A DNA stretch of 64,000 bases from an uncultured Muribaculaceae bacterium (GCA_964587565.1 CAZPLK010000002.1:56725-120724), one strand, 5' to 3'; shown: positions 48,498 to 57,524, counted from the stretch's first letter. The notes: generated from the sequence alone by a model not told the origin. A program made the numbers and translations.

Positions 48498-49686
48498 CTA
48501 TATAATCACCAACCTTTTTTAATACTTCAACTATTTTATCGCACTCTTTTTTTGTATTATAAAATGCTAAACTAATTCGAACGGTAGCATTAGTATTTAA
48601 TTTATTTATTGCTAATTGTGCACAATGTTGACCAGCCCTAACAATGATTTTGTTTTTATCCAAATAAGTAGCTACGTCGTGGGCATGTATATTATTAATA
48701 TTAAATGTAATTAAATTCGAATTTATATTATCCTTATTGTATATTTTAATACCTTCAACTTCATTTTCAAGTTTTGATATTAAATATTTTCTTAATTGTT
48801 TTATATAATCATTTATTTTATCTAATCCAATTGAATTAATATATTCAATCGCAACACCCAAACCAATTACTTCTGGCACCATCATCGTTCCAGCTTCAAA
48901 TTTATATGGAACGTCTTTATAAGTAGATATTTGCCTTTGAACTTCATCTACCATTTCACCACCAAAATGAATTGGTTTCATAATATTCAATAATTCCTTT
49001 TTGCCATATAATACTCCCACCCCCATAGGACCATACATTTTATGTGATGAAAATGCATAAAAATCAATATTTAATTCTTTAACATCAACTTTTTCGTGTA
49101 TAACACCTTGGGCACCATCTACTATAAAAAACGCATTACTTTGCTTAATTATTTTTGATATCTTTTTTAAATTATTTATTGAACCCATCACATTTGAAAC
49201 ATGATTAAGTGCCACAATTTTAGTTTTATCATTTAATATGCTTTTTAAATTTTCAAAAGAAACAACTCCATTTTTATCAGTTTTAACAAACTTTAAAATC
49301 GCTCCTTTTTCCTTACAAAGTTCTTGCCAAGGAATTAAATTAGAATGGTGTTCTTGATCTGAAATTATTATTTCATCTCCTTTTTCAACAATTTTATCAC
49401 CTAATGAATGAGCTACTAAATTTATACTTTCAGTTGTGCCTCTTGTGAAAATTATTTCTTCTTCTAAACATCCCAAAAACTGTGCTACTATTTTTCTAGT
49501 TTTCTCATATTTTTGTGTTACTTCATAACCTAAGCTATCAATACCACGATTTGTATTTACACTATAATTACTATAATAATCAACAATAGCATCAATAACT
49601 ATTTTTGGTTTTAATGATGTTGATGCATTATTAAAATATATATAATTTTTATTTAAAAAAGGAAAATCCTTACGATATTCATTCAT
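48484..49686 (-). CDS. sufS: Cysteine desulfurase SufS (class II aminotransferase V)
   Basis: PLP Lys motif SSHKMYGP and the active-site loop RAGQHCAQ. Confidence 0.92.
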   Translation of the reverse strand: MNEYRKDFPFLNKNYIYFNNASTSLKPKIVIDAIVDYYSNYSVNTNRGIDSLGYEVTQKYEKTRKIVAQFLGCLEEEIIFTRGTTESINLVAHSLGDKIVEKGDEIIISDQEHHSNLIPWQELCKEKGAILKFVKTDKNGVVSFENLKSILNDKTKIVALNHVSNVMGSINNLKKISKIIKQSNAFFIVDGAQGVIHEKVDVKELNIDFYAFSSHKMYGPMGVGVLYGKKELLNIMKPIHFGGEMVDEVQRQISTYKDVPYKFEAGTMMVPEVIGLGVAIEYINSIGLDKINDYIKQLRKYLISKLENEVEGIKIYNKDNINSNLITFNINNIHAHDVATYLDKNKIIVRAGQHCAQLAINKLNTNATVRISLAFYNTKKECDKIVEVLKKVGDYIDVLF

Positions 49687-50503
49687 TAATAACCCTTCTT
49701 TCTATCAAAGAAACTACTATATCTTTTAATTCAGTTGGAACATTTTTTAATAAATGACCTAATATAATTAGTCTGTTAATTTCGTTTTCATTCAATCCTC
49801 TACTTTGCATATAATATATTACTTCCTCTTCAACCTTACCATAAGAGGCAGCATGGCTCCCTAAAACATCATGCTCATTTATTAATAGTTGCGGATTAAT
49901 AGTTGCTTTACAATTATTAGTTAAAGTCAACATTTTACTCGTTTGATAAGCTTCTGCTTTATATGAATTTTTTTCAACAAAACTAACAACATCAAAAATA
50001 CACTCAGAGCCATTATTCAAAACAGCATAATTTTCCATAGCTGAGTAAGTGTATGGACTTAAATGATTAATAGTTACATTATGTTTATGCGAAATTAATT
50101 CATCACAATAATCAATTAAATTAAACTTTACATTACCATTTTTTGCATTTAAATTAATATTGTATTCAGCAGTTGCATCACTCCCTACTTCAATAAAACA
50201 AGTAGTCAGTTTACTATTTAAGTATAATTCAAAATTAATTTTTTTAGTAAAGTTCTCACCTTTTTTTAAATTTAATGAATTGTATTGAACAAAACTATTA
50301 TTATCAATTATATAATTGATTTCTTCCACATCATTATTCCCTTGGTCTATTTCATAAAGTTTTACATTTATTTTTTTCTCAACAATTACATTTACCTTTT
50401 TACAGTTTTTAAAAACTAAATGGTAATCACCACTTTTATTTATTTTTATTTCATCTAAATTTTTAATAATCATTTTTTTAACGTCTTTATTATTTATTAA
50501 CAT
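49679..50503 (-). CDS. sufD: Fe-S cluster assembly protein SufD (short form)
   Basis: C-terminal SufB/D beta-helix region (…HAASYGKVEEEVIYYMQSRGL.E.E...L). The likely ATG at 50503 (AAGGTG RBS) overlaps the sufC stop codon. Shorter than typical SufD. Confidence 0.8.
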   Translation of the reverse strand: MLINNKDVKKMIIKNLDEIKINKSGDYHLVFKNCKKVNVIVEKKINVKLYEIDQGNNDVEEINYIIDNNSFVQYNSLNLKKGENFTKKINFELYLNSKLTTCFIEVGSDATAEYNINLNAKNGNVKFNLIDYCDELISHKHNVTINHLSPYTYSAMENYAVLNNGSECIFDVVSFVEKNSYKAEAYQTSKMLTLTNNCKATINPQLLINEHDVLGSHAASYGKVEEEVIYYMQSRGLNENEINRLIILGHLLKNVPTELKDIVVSLIERRVINE

Positions 50504-51258
50504 ATAGCACCTTGTTTTGTAATTAACCAATCATATCCACTTTCCTCAAGTTTTTGTGCTAATTTATAATCTCCTGTTTTAATAATTTTTCCTTGATGCA
50601 TTACATGGACATAATTAGGTTTAACATAATCTAATATTCTTGGATAGTGAGTTATTATTAATATTGCAACATTTTGTTTATTTTCATTAAAATATTTAGA
50701 AATGTTTTCACCTACGATTTTTATAGCATCAATATCTAAACCAGAATCAATTTCATCTAAAATTATTAGTTTTGGTTTTAACATTAACATTTGGAAAATT
50801 TCATTTCTTTTTTTCTCACCACCACTGTATCCTTCATTTACATAACGTTTTGAATATTCATCTGGTATATTCATTGCTTTAGATTTATCTTTATACAATT
50901 TATAATAATCCAACAAAGATATTTGTTTTTCTTTTGTTCTTCTGGCGTTCATTGCACTTCTTAAAAAATCAACATTTGATACCCCTTCTATTTCACTTGG
51001 ATATTGCATTGCTAAAAAGATACCGGATCTAGCCCTTTTATCAACAGGCATATCTATTAAATTATTCCCTTCAAATAATAGCTCACCATTAATTATTTCA
51101 TGATTAGGGTGGCCCATGATTAAAGATGCTAATGTAGATTTCCCCGCACCATTAGTTCCCATTATAGTGTGTATTTCTCCTGCTTTTATATTTAAGTTAA
51201 CGCCTTTTAATATTTTCGTTCCATTAACTTGGGAATGTATATCATTTATTATCAACAT
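50497..51258 (-). CDS. sufC: Fe-S cluster assembly ATPase SufC
   Basis: Walker A GTNGAGKST, ABC signature SGGEKKR, Walker B LIILDE. ATG at 51258 follows GGAGG. The tracked 20-codon extension runs through the RBS. Confidence 0.93.
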   Translation of the reverse strand: MLIINDIHSQVNGTKILKGVNLNIKAGEIHTIMGTNGAGKSTLASLIMGHPNHEIINGELLFEGNNLIDMPVDKRARSGIFLAMQYPSEIEGVSNVDFLRSAMNARRTKEKQISLLDYYKLYKDKSKAMNIPDEYSKRYVNEGYSGGEKKRNEIFQMLMLKPKLIILDEIDSGLDIDAIKIVGENISKYFNENKQNVAILIITHYPRILDYVKPNYVHVMHQGKIIKTGDYKLAQKLEESGYDWLITKQGAIC

Positions 51259-51394
51259 TTTTATTTCCTCCTGTATGTTAGCCAAGGCTAACTCTTGTTT
51301 AAAATATAAGACTTCCAAAAGTCTAAGTTAATTATATATTAATATTATAGTTTTTTCAATAATTTTATAATGTTTTTTATATTTAATTTAATAC

Positions 51395-51422
51395 TTGCTA
51401 TTTTTTTTTAGTATGTTATAAT
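51395..51422 (+). promoter_or_regulatory. Promoter of the peroxiredoxin gene
   Basis: TTGCTA (51395-51400), a 16-nt spacer ending in TGT (extended -10), then TATAAT (51417-51422). Confidence 0.55.
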
Positions 51423-51431
51423 TGTATTAGG

Positions 51432-51452
51432 AAGTAGTAACCATTACTACTT
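51432..51452. promoter_or_regulatory. Perfect 9-3-9 inverted repeat between the promoter and RBS of the peroxiredoxin gene (operator or 5'-UTR hairpin)
   Basis: AAGTAGTAA-CCA-TTACTACTT, starting ~10 nt after the -10 hexamer. Confidence 0.45.
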
Positions 51453-51473
51453 TGATGAAGAGAGGAGAATATT

Positions 51474-52160
51474 ATGGAAGAGATTAAAGAACAAGAATTT
51501 TTTTCAATGCCATTAATTGGCGATGCTGCACCTAGTTTTAAAGCAGTAACAACTCAAGGGGATATTAATTTTCCTGAAGACTACAAAGGTAAGTGGGTTA
51601 TTTTATTTTCTCACCCTGCTGATTTTACTCCAGTTTGTACAACTGAATTTATGACATTTGCTAAAATGAGTGAGGAATTTAAAGAGTTAAATACTGAACT
51701 AGTAGGTTTAAGCGTTGATTCTTTATATGCACACATTGCATGGTTAAGAACAATCAAAGAAAAAATTGAGTGGAACGGTATGAAAGATATGGAAATTAAT
51801 TTCCCATTAATTGAAGACATCAAGATGGATGTTGCCAAAAAATATGGGATGATCCAACCTAACCAATCAAACACACAAGCTGTTAGAGCAGTATTTGTAA
51901 TTGATCCAAAAGGAATTATTAGGACTATTTTATATTATCCATTGAGCACAGGGCGTAATTTTGATGAATTAAAGAGAATTATTATTGCGTTACAAAAAGC
52001 TGATAAAGATGGAGTTGCTACTCCTGCTGATTGGCGACCTGGTGATGATGTTATTGTTCCACCAGCTGGTACATGCGGGGTTGCAAAAGAACGTGTAGAA
52101 AGTCAAGATGATGATGTTTATTGCCTAGACTGGTTTATGTGCTTTAAAAAAGATAAGTAA
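51474..52160 (+). CDS. Peroxiredoxin (Prx6/1-Cys-like subfamily with Cys-containing C-terminal arm)
   Basis: The FSHPADFTPVCTTE peroxidatic Cys motif. The 228-aa form has a C-terminal ...TCGVAKE...YCLDWFMC region. Confidence 0.88.
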   Translation: MEEIKEQEFFSMPLIGDAAPSFKAVTTQGDINFPEDYKGKWVILFSHPADFTPVCTTEFMTFAKMSEEFKELNTELVGLSVDSLYAHIAWLRTIKEKIEWNGMKDMEINFPLIEDIKMDVAKKYGMIQPNQSNTQAVRAVFVIDPKGIIRTILYYPLSTGRNFDELKRIIIALQKADKDGVATPADWRPGDDVIVPPAGTCGVAKERVESQDDDVYCLDWFMCFKKDK

Positions 52161-52163
52161 TTT

Positions 52164-52190
52164 AAAAAACACCAAATGGTGTTTTTTATA
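52164..52190. terminator. Bidirectional terminator between the prx and choloylglycine hydrolase genes
   Basis: Stem AAAAAACACC/GGTGTTTTTT (52164-52173 / 52178-52187). Confidence 0.7.
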
Positions 52191-53169
52191 TGTTTTTATA
52201 TATTGTTGAAGATTTTAATTTACAAAGTTGAGTAATTGTATCAGGATCAATAAAGTCTATGTTTGCCCTTAAAATTTGATTATTATAATAAGTGTTAAAA
52301 TAATAGTCGCCTGTAGATAAATTCATAAAAGATGTATATTGTGTATAATCATATGTCCCTCTTTTTGTCATAATTACACCTTTTGGAATTGTTACAGACT
52401 TCATTATATTAAAGCAAGTATTAACATTTTCTAATGTATTATCGGAAAAGTATGTATTGTTTTTAATAAAAACGGTTCTAATAAATCTAGATGGTGATGT
52501 ATAATCACCCGGGAGACCAAACGTTCCACCACCTTGCCCAAATGGTTTTAAAGTAATATTTTTTATTTCCTTTTCTTCCATTTGTATATTAGATAAATTA
52601 ATATAATTATTTAGGTTAGTTATATGCCAATCAAAATTCGGACTATTTGAGAGCACTTTAACTGGATTATCATAAATAGTTAATCCGTTTTTTGTTTGTT
52701 CAATTGTTATGCATTTATTATTTTTATCCACAATTATCCAATGTAATGGTGCTATAGAGGAAGTTATTTCATCTTCAATCCCTATTATTTGTATTTTATT
52801 TAATATTTCAATTACTTCATCAACATCACAACAATATCCTAATAAAAAGTGAACTAACTCTGTGGATCCTACACTTATGTAGTTAGAATATTGTTGCTTT
52901 TCATCGTAATGAGCCTCACCTTGAAAATATAATGATGCAACCCCTAACCCCATTTCATTCATTCCATCTACTAATATTAATTTATCCATATTTTGACCAG
53001 TTGCAATTATTTTATACTTATTGTTAAATGTATAATCATTAAATGAATTATTCCACTCATAATTTTTAGGTATGACATATATTTTTGGATCCAGTTCATA
53101 AGAAAAATCCATTGTTCTACCAAAGATAACTTCATTTTTATTTGTTTTTATTGACATCGCAGTACACAT
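52186..53169 (-). CDS. Choloylglycine hydrolase family Ntn-hydrolase (bile salt hydrolase / penicillin V acylase type)
   Basis: Starts MCTAMS (Cys2 nucleophile exposed after Met removal). GRTMDF, and ~325 aa, typical of the CBAH family. Confidence 0.85.
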   Translation of the reverse strand: MCTAMSIKTNKNEVIFGRTMDFSYELDPKIYVIPKNYEWNNSFNDYTFNNKYKIIATGQNMDKLILVDGMNEMGLGVASLYFQGEAHYDEKQQYSNYISVGSTELVHFLLGYCCDVDEVIEILNKIQIIGIEDEITSSIAPLHWIIVDKNNKCITIEQTKNGLTIYDNPVKVLSNSPNFDWHITNLNNYINLSNIQMEEKEIKNITLKPFGQGGGTFGLPGDYTSPSRFIRTVFIKNNTYFSDNTLENVNTCFNIMKSVTIPKGVIMTKRGTYDYTQYTSFMNLSTGDYYFNTYYNNQILRANIDFIDPDTITQLCKLKSSTIYKNI

Positions 53170-53280
53170 AAAATCACCTAATTAATTATATGCTTATTAT
53201 CCTTATAATAATTGTAACTTTATTGTTTTTTCCAAAAGTAATAAACAACTTAAAATAGTACACAAATACATTCAAACATA

Positions 53281-53305
53281 AGAAAACCCTTGTAAAACAA
53301 GGGTT
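53281..53305 (-). terminator. Rho-independent terminator after tRNA-Arg
   Basis: Stem AACCCTTG/CAAGGGTT (53285-53292 / 53298-53305). The minus strand continues TTTTCT. Confidence 0.6.
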
Positions 53306-53315
53306 GTTTTTATAA

Positions 53316-53392
<77 letters not shown>

Positions 53393-53438
53393 AGCATGTT
53401 CATATACGAACATATTAAGTATACAACAAACTATTAAA

Positions 53439-54404
53439 TTATTCAATAGTTTTTAATACTTTTTTTAATATTTCTTTGTTTTCAACATCAAAAACTACTT
53501 CTTTTACGCTATAATTATCTTTAATAGATAAACACACAGTATATATTACTTCTTCTAGTATTTGTTCGTTAATAGAGTCGGAAAATATACTTTTATTAAA
53601 TTTTAATTTCATAACATCATCTGTTTTTTCAACCGCAAGTAATTTAGCATTATTAGCTAAAAAACTCATTAAATTAGAATTATAAACATGACTACTACTT
53701 AGTTCATCTATTATAATTTGAACTTTTTCCCTATTATCATTTACGTATTTAGTAACTGGTACATAATAGTAATCTTCATTATATTTATTCAAATAATATA
53801 TCGTTACTTCGTTAATATCCTTATAAGTTTTAAAATCATAATTTTTATTTATACCAAATTTTCTATTTAATGTACTTGGTAAGTTTATTTTGGTTTTAGG
53901 TAACTTTGTTAATATATCACCTTCAACATATAAAATAATATTTTCGATCCCTTCAATACTTGTTAGCGTGTATATAATAGCTTCAATCATTTTTTCTTCT
54001 AATTCTTCACTTATATCTAATAGTTCTTTTGATAAATTTATTTTAAGTAAATCATTATCAAACTTTAAACTTAATATTTTCGTATCACTAGGTAGTATAG
54101 ACTTAAATCCGCTCGGTATTTTGCTTTCACCCGCTCCACCTTTTATTAAAATTTCCATTAATTCTTTTGCATTTTGTTCTACCTCCCTATTACTAACAAC
54201 AACTTCTGTTCGTCCTAAGTAATTATAACTATCTAACAAATAAATTACACTAGTATTAATATCATTATTAACGTATTCTAATTGCTGTGGATGTTTATTA
54301 TTAAAATTGGTTATATCTGGTTTGGGAATTAAGTAAATTAAAAACAATACAAAAAGTGCTGTTGATGCAAGAAAAATTTTTTTTGAAATCATCTTTTTTA
54401 ACAT
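53439..54404 (-). CDS. gerM: GerM-like protein (two GerMN domains, N-terminal membrane anchor)
   Basis: TM anchor, then two repeats with the GerMN pattern (…ELMEILIKGGAG...SILPSDTKILSLKFDNDLLKINLSKE…IYTLTSIEGIENIILYVEG). Confidence 0.65.
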   Translation of the reverse strand: MLKKMISKKIFLASTALFVLFLIYLIPKPDITNFNNKHPQQLEYVNNDINTSVIYLLDSYNYLGRTEVVVSNREVEQNAKELMEILIKGGAGESKIPSGFKSILPSDTKILSLKFDNDLLKINLSKELLDISEELEEKMIEAIIYTLTSIEGIENIILYVEGDILTKLPKTKINLPSTLNRKFGINKNYDFKTYKDINEVTIYYLNKYNEDYYYVPVTKYVNDNREKVQIIIDELSSSHVYNSNLMSFLANNAKLLAVEKTDDVMKLKFNKSIFSDSINEQILEEVIYTVCLSIKDNYSVKEVVFDVENKEILKKVLKTIE

Positions 54405-54429
54405 GTTTCACCTCTATAAAATTATATGA

Positions 54430-54451
54430 AAAAAAACGCATTTTCATGCGA
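54430..54451 (-). terminator. Putative terminator after gerE
   Basis: Short stem CGCAT/ATGCG (54437-54441 / 54446-54450) followed by an 8-nt T-run on the minus strand. Confidence 0.45.
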
Positions 54452-54456
54452 TTTTT

Positions 54457-54663
54457 TTATAATGAAAGTTCTCCAAGTCTTAACAACTCTACGACCGCAC
54501 CAGCGCGGCCTTTTACTCCTAATTTTTGCATAACATTTGATATGTGATTGCGAACTGTCTTTTCACTGATTTTTAAAGTTTGCGCGATTTCGGTAGTTGA
54601 TTTATTTTGAATAAGTAAGTCAAAAACTTCCTTTTCCCTTTTCGTTAGAATGCTTTTATACAT
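54457..54663 (-). CDS. gerE: Spore-coat gene regulator GerE (LuxR/FixJ-type HTH)
   Basis: LTKREKEVFDLLIQNKSTTEIAQTLKISEKTVRNHISNVMQKLGVKGRAGAVVELLRLGELSL is nearly colinear with B. subtilis GerE as I recall it. ATG at 54663 follows GAGGG. Confidence 0.85.
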   Translation of the reverse strand: MYKSILTKREKEVFDLLIQNKSTTEIAQTLKISEKTVRNHISNVMQKLGVKGRAGAVVELLRLGELSL

Positions 54664-54708
54664 AATTTCCCTCACTTCCTAAGTTGGGTGATTGATATTT
54701 CCTCATAG

Positions 54709-54735
54709 TATTCTATGAAAGTTACACATTTTAGT
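54709..54735 (-). promoter_or_regulatory. Putative sigma-K type promoter upstream of gerE
   Basis: Minus strand reads AC (54735-54734), a 16-nt spacer, then CATAGAATA (54717-54709). This matches the sigma-K consensus AC-16/17-CATAnnnTA. gerE is sigma-K dependent in B. subtilis. Confidence 0.45.
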
Positions 54736-54777
54736 GAGAGAATTAGCCCAAAATAAAGAACAACCCTAACAATAGGG

Positions 54778-55281
54778 CTATTTTTGAAATTTTACTGATA
54801 TATACATTTTATTTTTATAATTTTTTTGCACTGTTCGCATAATATTGTTAGCAAGCTTATTATCATGTTTATCGCTAGCTACCACTACCCTTATTTCATT
54901 ACCATCTATTTTAACAAAAGATTTAACTTTGAATTCTTCTTCAATTTGTTTTTCTATTTTTTCTTCTTCTCCTTTTGTTACATTCAATAATTTAAGTTTT
55001 TCAAATGCATTGTTTTTTTCATCTATTGAAGCATCTATATTTGTTAACACCATTCTTAAATCATTCATATTTTGTTGATATTGTTCTTCCGCTTCAATTC
55101 GAAGTGCTACTAAAATATCACTTTCTTTAATTACTACTACTTCCTCATCCTTTTTGGGCTTTTCTTCCTCTTTTAACGAATTCATTAACAATAGTTCTGC
55201 TGGCATCGTTATATAATAAACACTTAAAACTAAAATCAAACTAAATAGTGTTAAAAACCACATTCCTCTTTTGTTAATCAT
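54778..55281 (-). CDS. spoIIIAH: Stage III sporulation protein AH (SpoIIIAH-like), not in a spoIIIA operon here
   Basis: N-terminus MWFLTLFSLILVLSVYYITMP versus the recalled B. subtilis VWLLTMLSLVVVLSVYYIMSP. The C-terminus VVVASDKHDNKLANNIMRTV also parallels SpoIIIAH. GGGAGG RBS. Confidence 0.7.
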   Translation of the reverse strand: MINKRGMWFLTLFSLILVLSVYYITMPAELLLMNSLKEEEKPKKDEEVVVIKESDILVALRIEAEEQYQQNMNDLRMVLTNIDASIDEKNNAFEKLKLLNVTKGEEEKIEKQIEEEFKVKSFVKIDGNEIRVVVASDKHDNKLANNIMRTVQKNYKNKMYISVKFQK

Positions 55282-55351
55282 ATTTTTCCTCCCAGTAAGT
55301 CTAATACATTATATTAAAAAAAAATATATATATTACAAAAAATTAATAATA

Positions 55352-55379
55352 TAAAAAAAGGGATAATAAACTCCCTTTT
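55352..55379 (-). terminator. Rho-independent terminator after thrS
   Basis: Stem AAAAGGGA/TCCCTTTT (55356-55363 / 55372-55379), followed by a T-run on the minus strand. Confidence 0.65.
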
Positions 55380-55389
55380 CATTTAAATA

Positions 55390-57126
55390 TTATATATCTT
55401 TATTTATTATTTCATCTGAAATTAATTTTAAAAATTCTTCTATTGGAATTGTAACTGTTTCTTTACTACCATATTTACGGTAACTAATTAAACCAGCCTC
55501 TATTTCTTTATCACCAACAATAATTGAATATGGATATTTTTTCGTTTGACTTTCGCGCATTTTATAACTAAGTTTTTCATCCCTTTTATCAATAATTGCT
55601 CTGATTTCATTGTTTAACAATGTGTTATATATTTTTTTGGCACCTTCTAAATGATATTCATTATTAATCGGCATAACATTTACTTGTATAGGGCTTAACC
55701 AAGTTGGAAAAGCTCCACCAAAATGCTCGATTAAAACACCAATAAATCTTTCCAGTGAACCATATATTACACGATGAAGCATTACAGGTCGTTTTCTATT
55801 TCCATCTGAATCAATATACGTTAAGTCAAATCTCTCAGGCATTTGCATATCTAATTGAATAGTTCCACATTGCCAAGGTCGTCCAAGCGAATCCATTACT
55901 TTAAAATCTAACTTAGGTCCATAAAAAGCACCATCGCCAAGATTTAATTTATAATCTTTCCCAGCATTTATTACTGCTTGTTTTAAAGCTTCTTCCGCTT
56001 TATCCCAAGTTTTTATTTCACCAATATATTTATCTAATGGTCTTGTTGAAAGTTCAATCGAATAACTTAAATTAAAAACTTTATATACACGATCTATAAA
56101 ATTAATTAATCTAATTACTTCTTCTTCTACTTGATCTTCTGTCATAAATAAATGTGCATCATCTTGTGTAAAGTTTCTAACTCTAAATAAACCACTTAAA
56201 GCGCCGCTTGCTTCATGTCTATGAACAAGTCCTAACTCACCAACACGCAAAGGTAAATCCCTATACGAATATAAACTATTTTTATAAACTAACATTCCAC
56301 CTGGACAATTCATTGGTTTTATAGCATATTCTTTATTATCAATTTCAGAGATATACATATTTTCCTTATAATTATTCCAGTGACCTGATAGTTCCCATAA
56401 ATCCCTATTCAACATTATGGGTGTATTTATAAATTGATATCCTTCTTTAATATGTTCTTCATACCAGTAATTTTCCAAGTTTCGCTTTAAAATCATACCA
56501 TTAGGTAACCAAAATGGAAAACCCGGACCATATTCACTAATCATAAATAGTTCTAAATCACGCCCCAATTTACGATGGTCTCTTTTTTTAGCCTCTTCAA
56601 GCCAATTTAAATGTTCTTCAAGCTTCTCTTTAGAATCAAAACATATGCCGTAAACTCTTTGTAGCATTTTATTATTAGAATCCCCTTTATAATATGCGCC
56701 ACTTACTTTTAATAGTTTAAAGTGTTTTAATTCCTTAGTACTTTTCACGTGTGGACCGCGACATAAATCAATAAATTCTTCTTGTTGATATGCGGAAATA
56801 ATCTCTTTTTCATCCATATTACTTATTAATTCAATTTTATAATTATCATCTTCAAACATTTTTAATGCTTCTTTTTTTGTTAATTCAATTCTTTTTATTA
56901 ATTTATTGCTTTTGACTATTTTTTTCATCTGCTTTTCTATTTCTTCTAACATTTCTTCAGTAATTACTTCATCACCAATATCAATATCATAGTAAAATCC
57001 TTCTGAAATTACTGGCCCTACCCAGAAAAGAGCATTTGGGTACATTTTCTTAATTGCATGTGCTAATAAATGTGCACAACTATGATTTAAAATACTTAGT
57101 TTTTCATCTTCCTTTATATTTATCAT
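55390..57126 (-). CDS. thrS: Threonine--tRNA ligase lacking the N-terminal TGS domain
   Basis: Starts in the editing (second additional) domain with HSCAHLLAHA. Class II catalytic core and anticodon-binding domain are present. 578 aa, versus ~640 aa for TGS-containing enzymes. GGGAGGGG RBS before the ATG at 57126. Confidence 0.93.
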   Translation of the reverse strand: MINIKEDEKLSILNHSCAHLLAHAIKKMYPNALFWVGPVISEGFYYDIDIGDEVITEEMLEEIEKQMKKIVKSNKLIKRIELTKKEALKMFEDDNYKIELISNMDEKEIISAYQQEEFIDLCRGPHVKSTKELKHFKLLKVSGAYYKGDSNNKMLQRVYGICFDSKEKLEEHLNWLEEAKKRDHRKLGRDLELFMISEYGPGFPFWLPNGMILKRNLENYWYEEHIKEGYQFINTPIMLNRDLWELSGHWNNYKENMYISEIDNKEYAIKPMNCPGGMLVYKNSLYSYRDLPLRVGELGLVHRHEASGALSGLFRVRNFTQDDAHLFMTEDQVEEEVIRLINFIDRVYKVFNLSYSIELSTRPLDKYIGEIKTWDKAEEALKQAVINAGKDYKLNLGDGAFYGPKLDFKVMDSLGRPWQCGTIQLDMQMPERFDLTYIDSDGNRKRPVMLHRVIYGSLERFIGVLIEHFGGAFPTWLSPIQVNVMPINNEYHLEGAKKIYNTLLNNEIRAIIDKRDEKLSYKMRESQTKKYPYSIIVGDKEIEAGLISYRKYGSKETVTIPIEEFLKLISDEIINKDI

Positions 57127-57304
57127 TTTTATCCCCTCCCTTAATTTTCATTTCTTTAATCGTTTCAGCTATTTCTTGCTTTATTTTCAATATCTCTTGT
57201 TCTGTTTCAATAATATCTTCCGTACTACTTGCCTTTTTTTGTAAAGCCTGCTTCATTCTTAAATCAAATAAATCACTCCTCAATTTATTATAAATTTGTT
57301 CCAT
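57104..57304 (-). CDS. Hypothetical 66-aa charged helical protein between the T-box terminator and thrS
   Basis: The ATG at 57304 follows GAAAGGAG directly after the T-box terminator. The stop codon lies 23 nt inside thrS. Sequence MEQIYNKLRSDLFDLRMKQ...EILKIKQEIAETIKEMKIKGG is coiled-coil-like. No homologue recognised. Confidence 0.35.
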   Translation of the reverse strand: MEQIYNKLRSDLFDLRMKQALQKKASSTEDIIETEQEILKIKQEIAETIKEMKIKGGDKNDKYKGR

Positions 57305-57318
57305 TATTATCTCCTTTC

Positions 57319-57524
57319 AAAAAAACACTCCTTTTATAAGGAGCGTTTTACGCGGTACCATCCTAATTTGTACTTGATTTGATAACGGCATAACCGGAGT
57401 CATCTTTCGAGCTCAACTCATAGGTAGTAACTATTAATTTTATTTGCTAGTCTCTCATCAACACTAACTTGCTTTAAAATAAATATTTAACAATCATGTC
57501 CTAATCAATGTTTTTGTAAATATA
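57319..57524 (-). promoter_or_regulatory. T-box riboswitch leader (threonine) controlling thrS
   Basis: The minus strand contains the T-box sequence AAATTAGGATGGTACCGCG (57369-57351), followed by the terminator CGCTCCTT-ATAA-AAGGAGTG plus 7 U. Upstream are AGAGA and GATGAGA motifs and Thr codons in ...GTTACTACCTATG.... Confidence 0.85.

Noticed and set aside
51259-51318. N-terminal extensions offered by the ORF track for sufC (51259-51318), ndk (38550-38612), sigG (28963-28980), rpe, lexA, dnaB, yidD and gerE
   Set aside because: In each case the extension starts at a GTG/TTG/ATG lying inside or upstream of a strong Shine-Dalgarno sequence that is correctly spaced for an internal ATG. The shorter product also matches the usual family N-terminus.
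51301-51330. Short inverted repeat AGACTT-CCAA-AAGTCT in the sufC leader as a possible regulator site
   Set aside because: It is a 6-bp imperfect stem in AT-rich sequence, I recognise no motif, and I cannot judge its conservation. It is mentioned only as a place to test binding of the downstream DtxR-like protein.
53396-53413. Hairpin ATGTTC-ATATAC-GAACAT just upstream of tRNA-Arg
   Set aside because: The stem is only 6 bp and AT-rich, with no T-run, so it is not a convincing terminator for gerM. It may be incidental or a processing signal, and the sequence alone does not support a call.
57054-57293. Plus-strand ORF 57054-57293
   Set aside because: It is antisense to the thrS start and the 66-aa ORF. 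The product is Leu/Ser/Phe-rich and there is no RBS.
57104-57304. The 66-aa ORF upstream of thrS as a split-off TGS domain
   Set aside because: The TGS domain is a beta-grasp fold with a G-rich, hydrophobic-alternating sequence. This ORF is uniformly charged and helical (EQEILKIKQEIAETIKEMK). It is kept only as a low-confidence hypothetical CDS.
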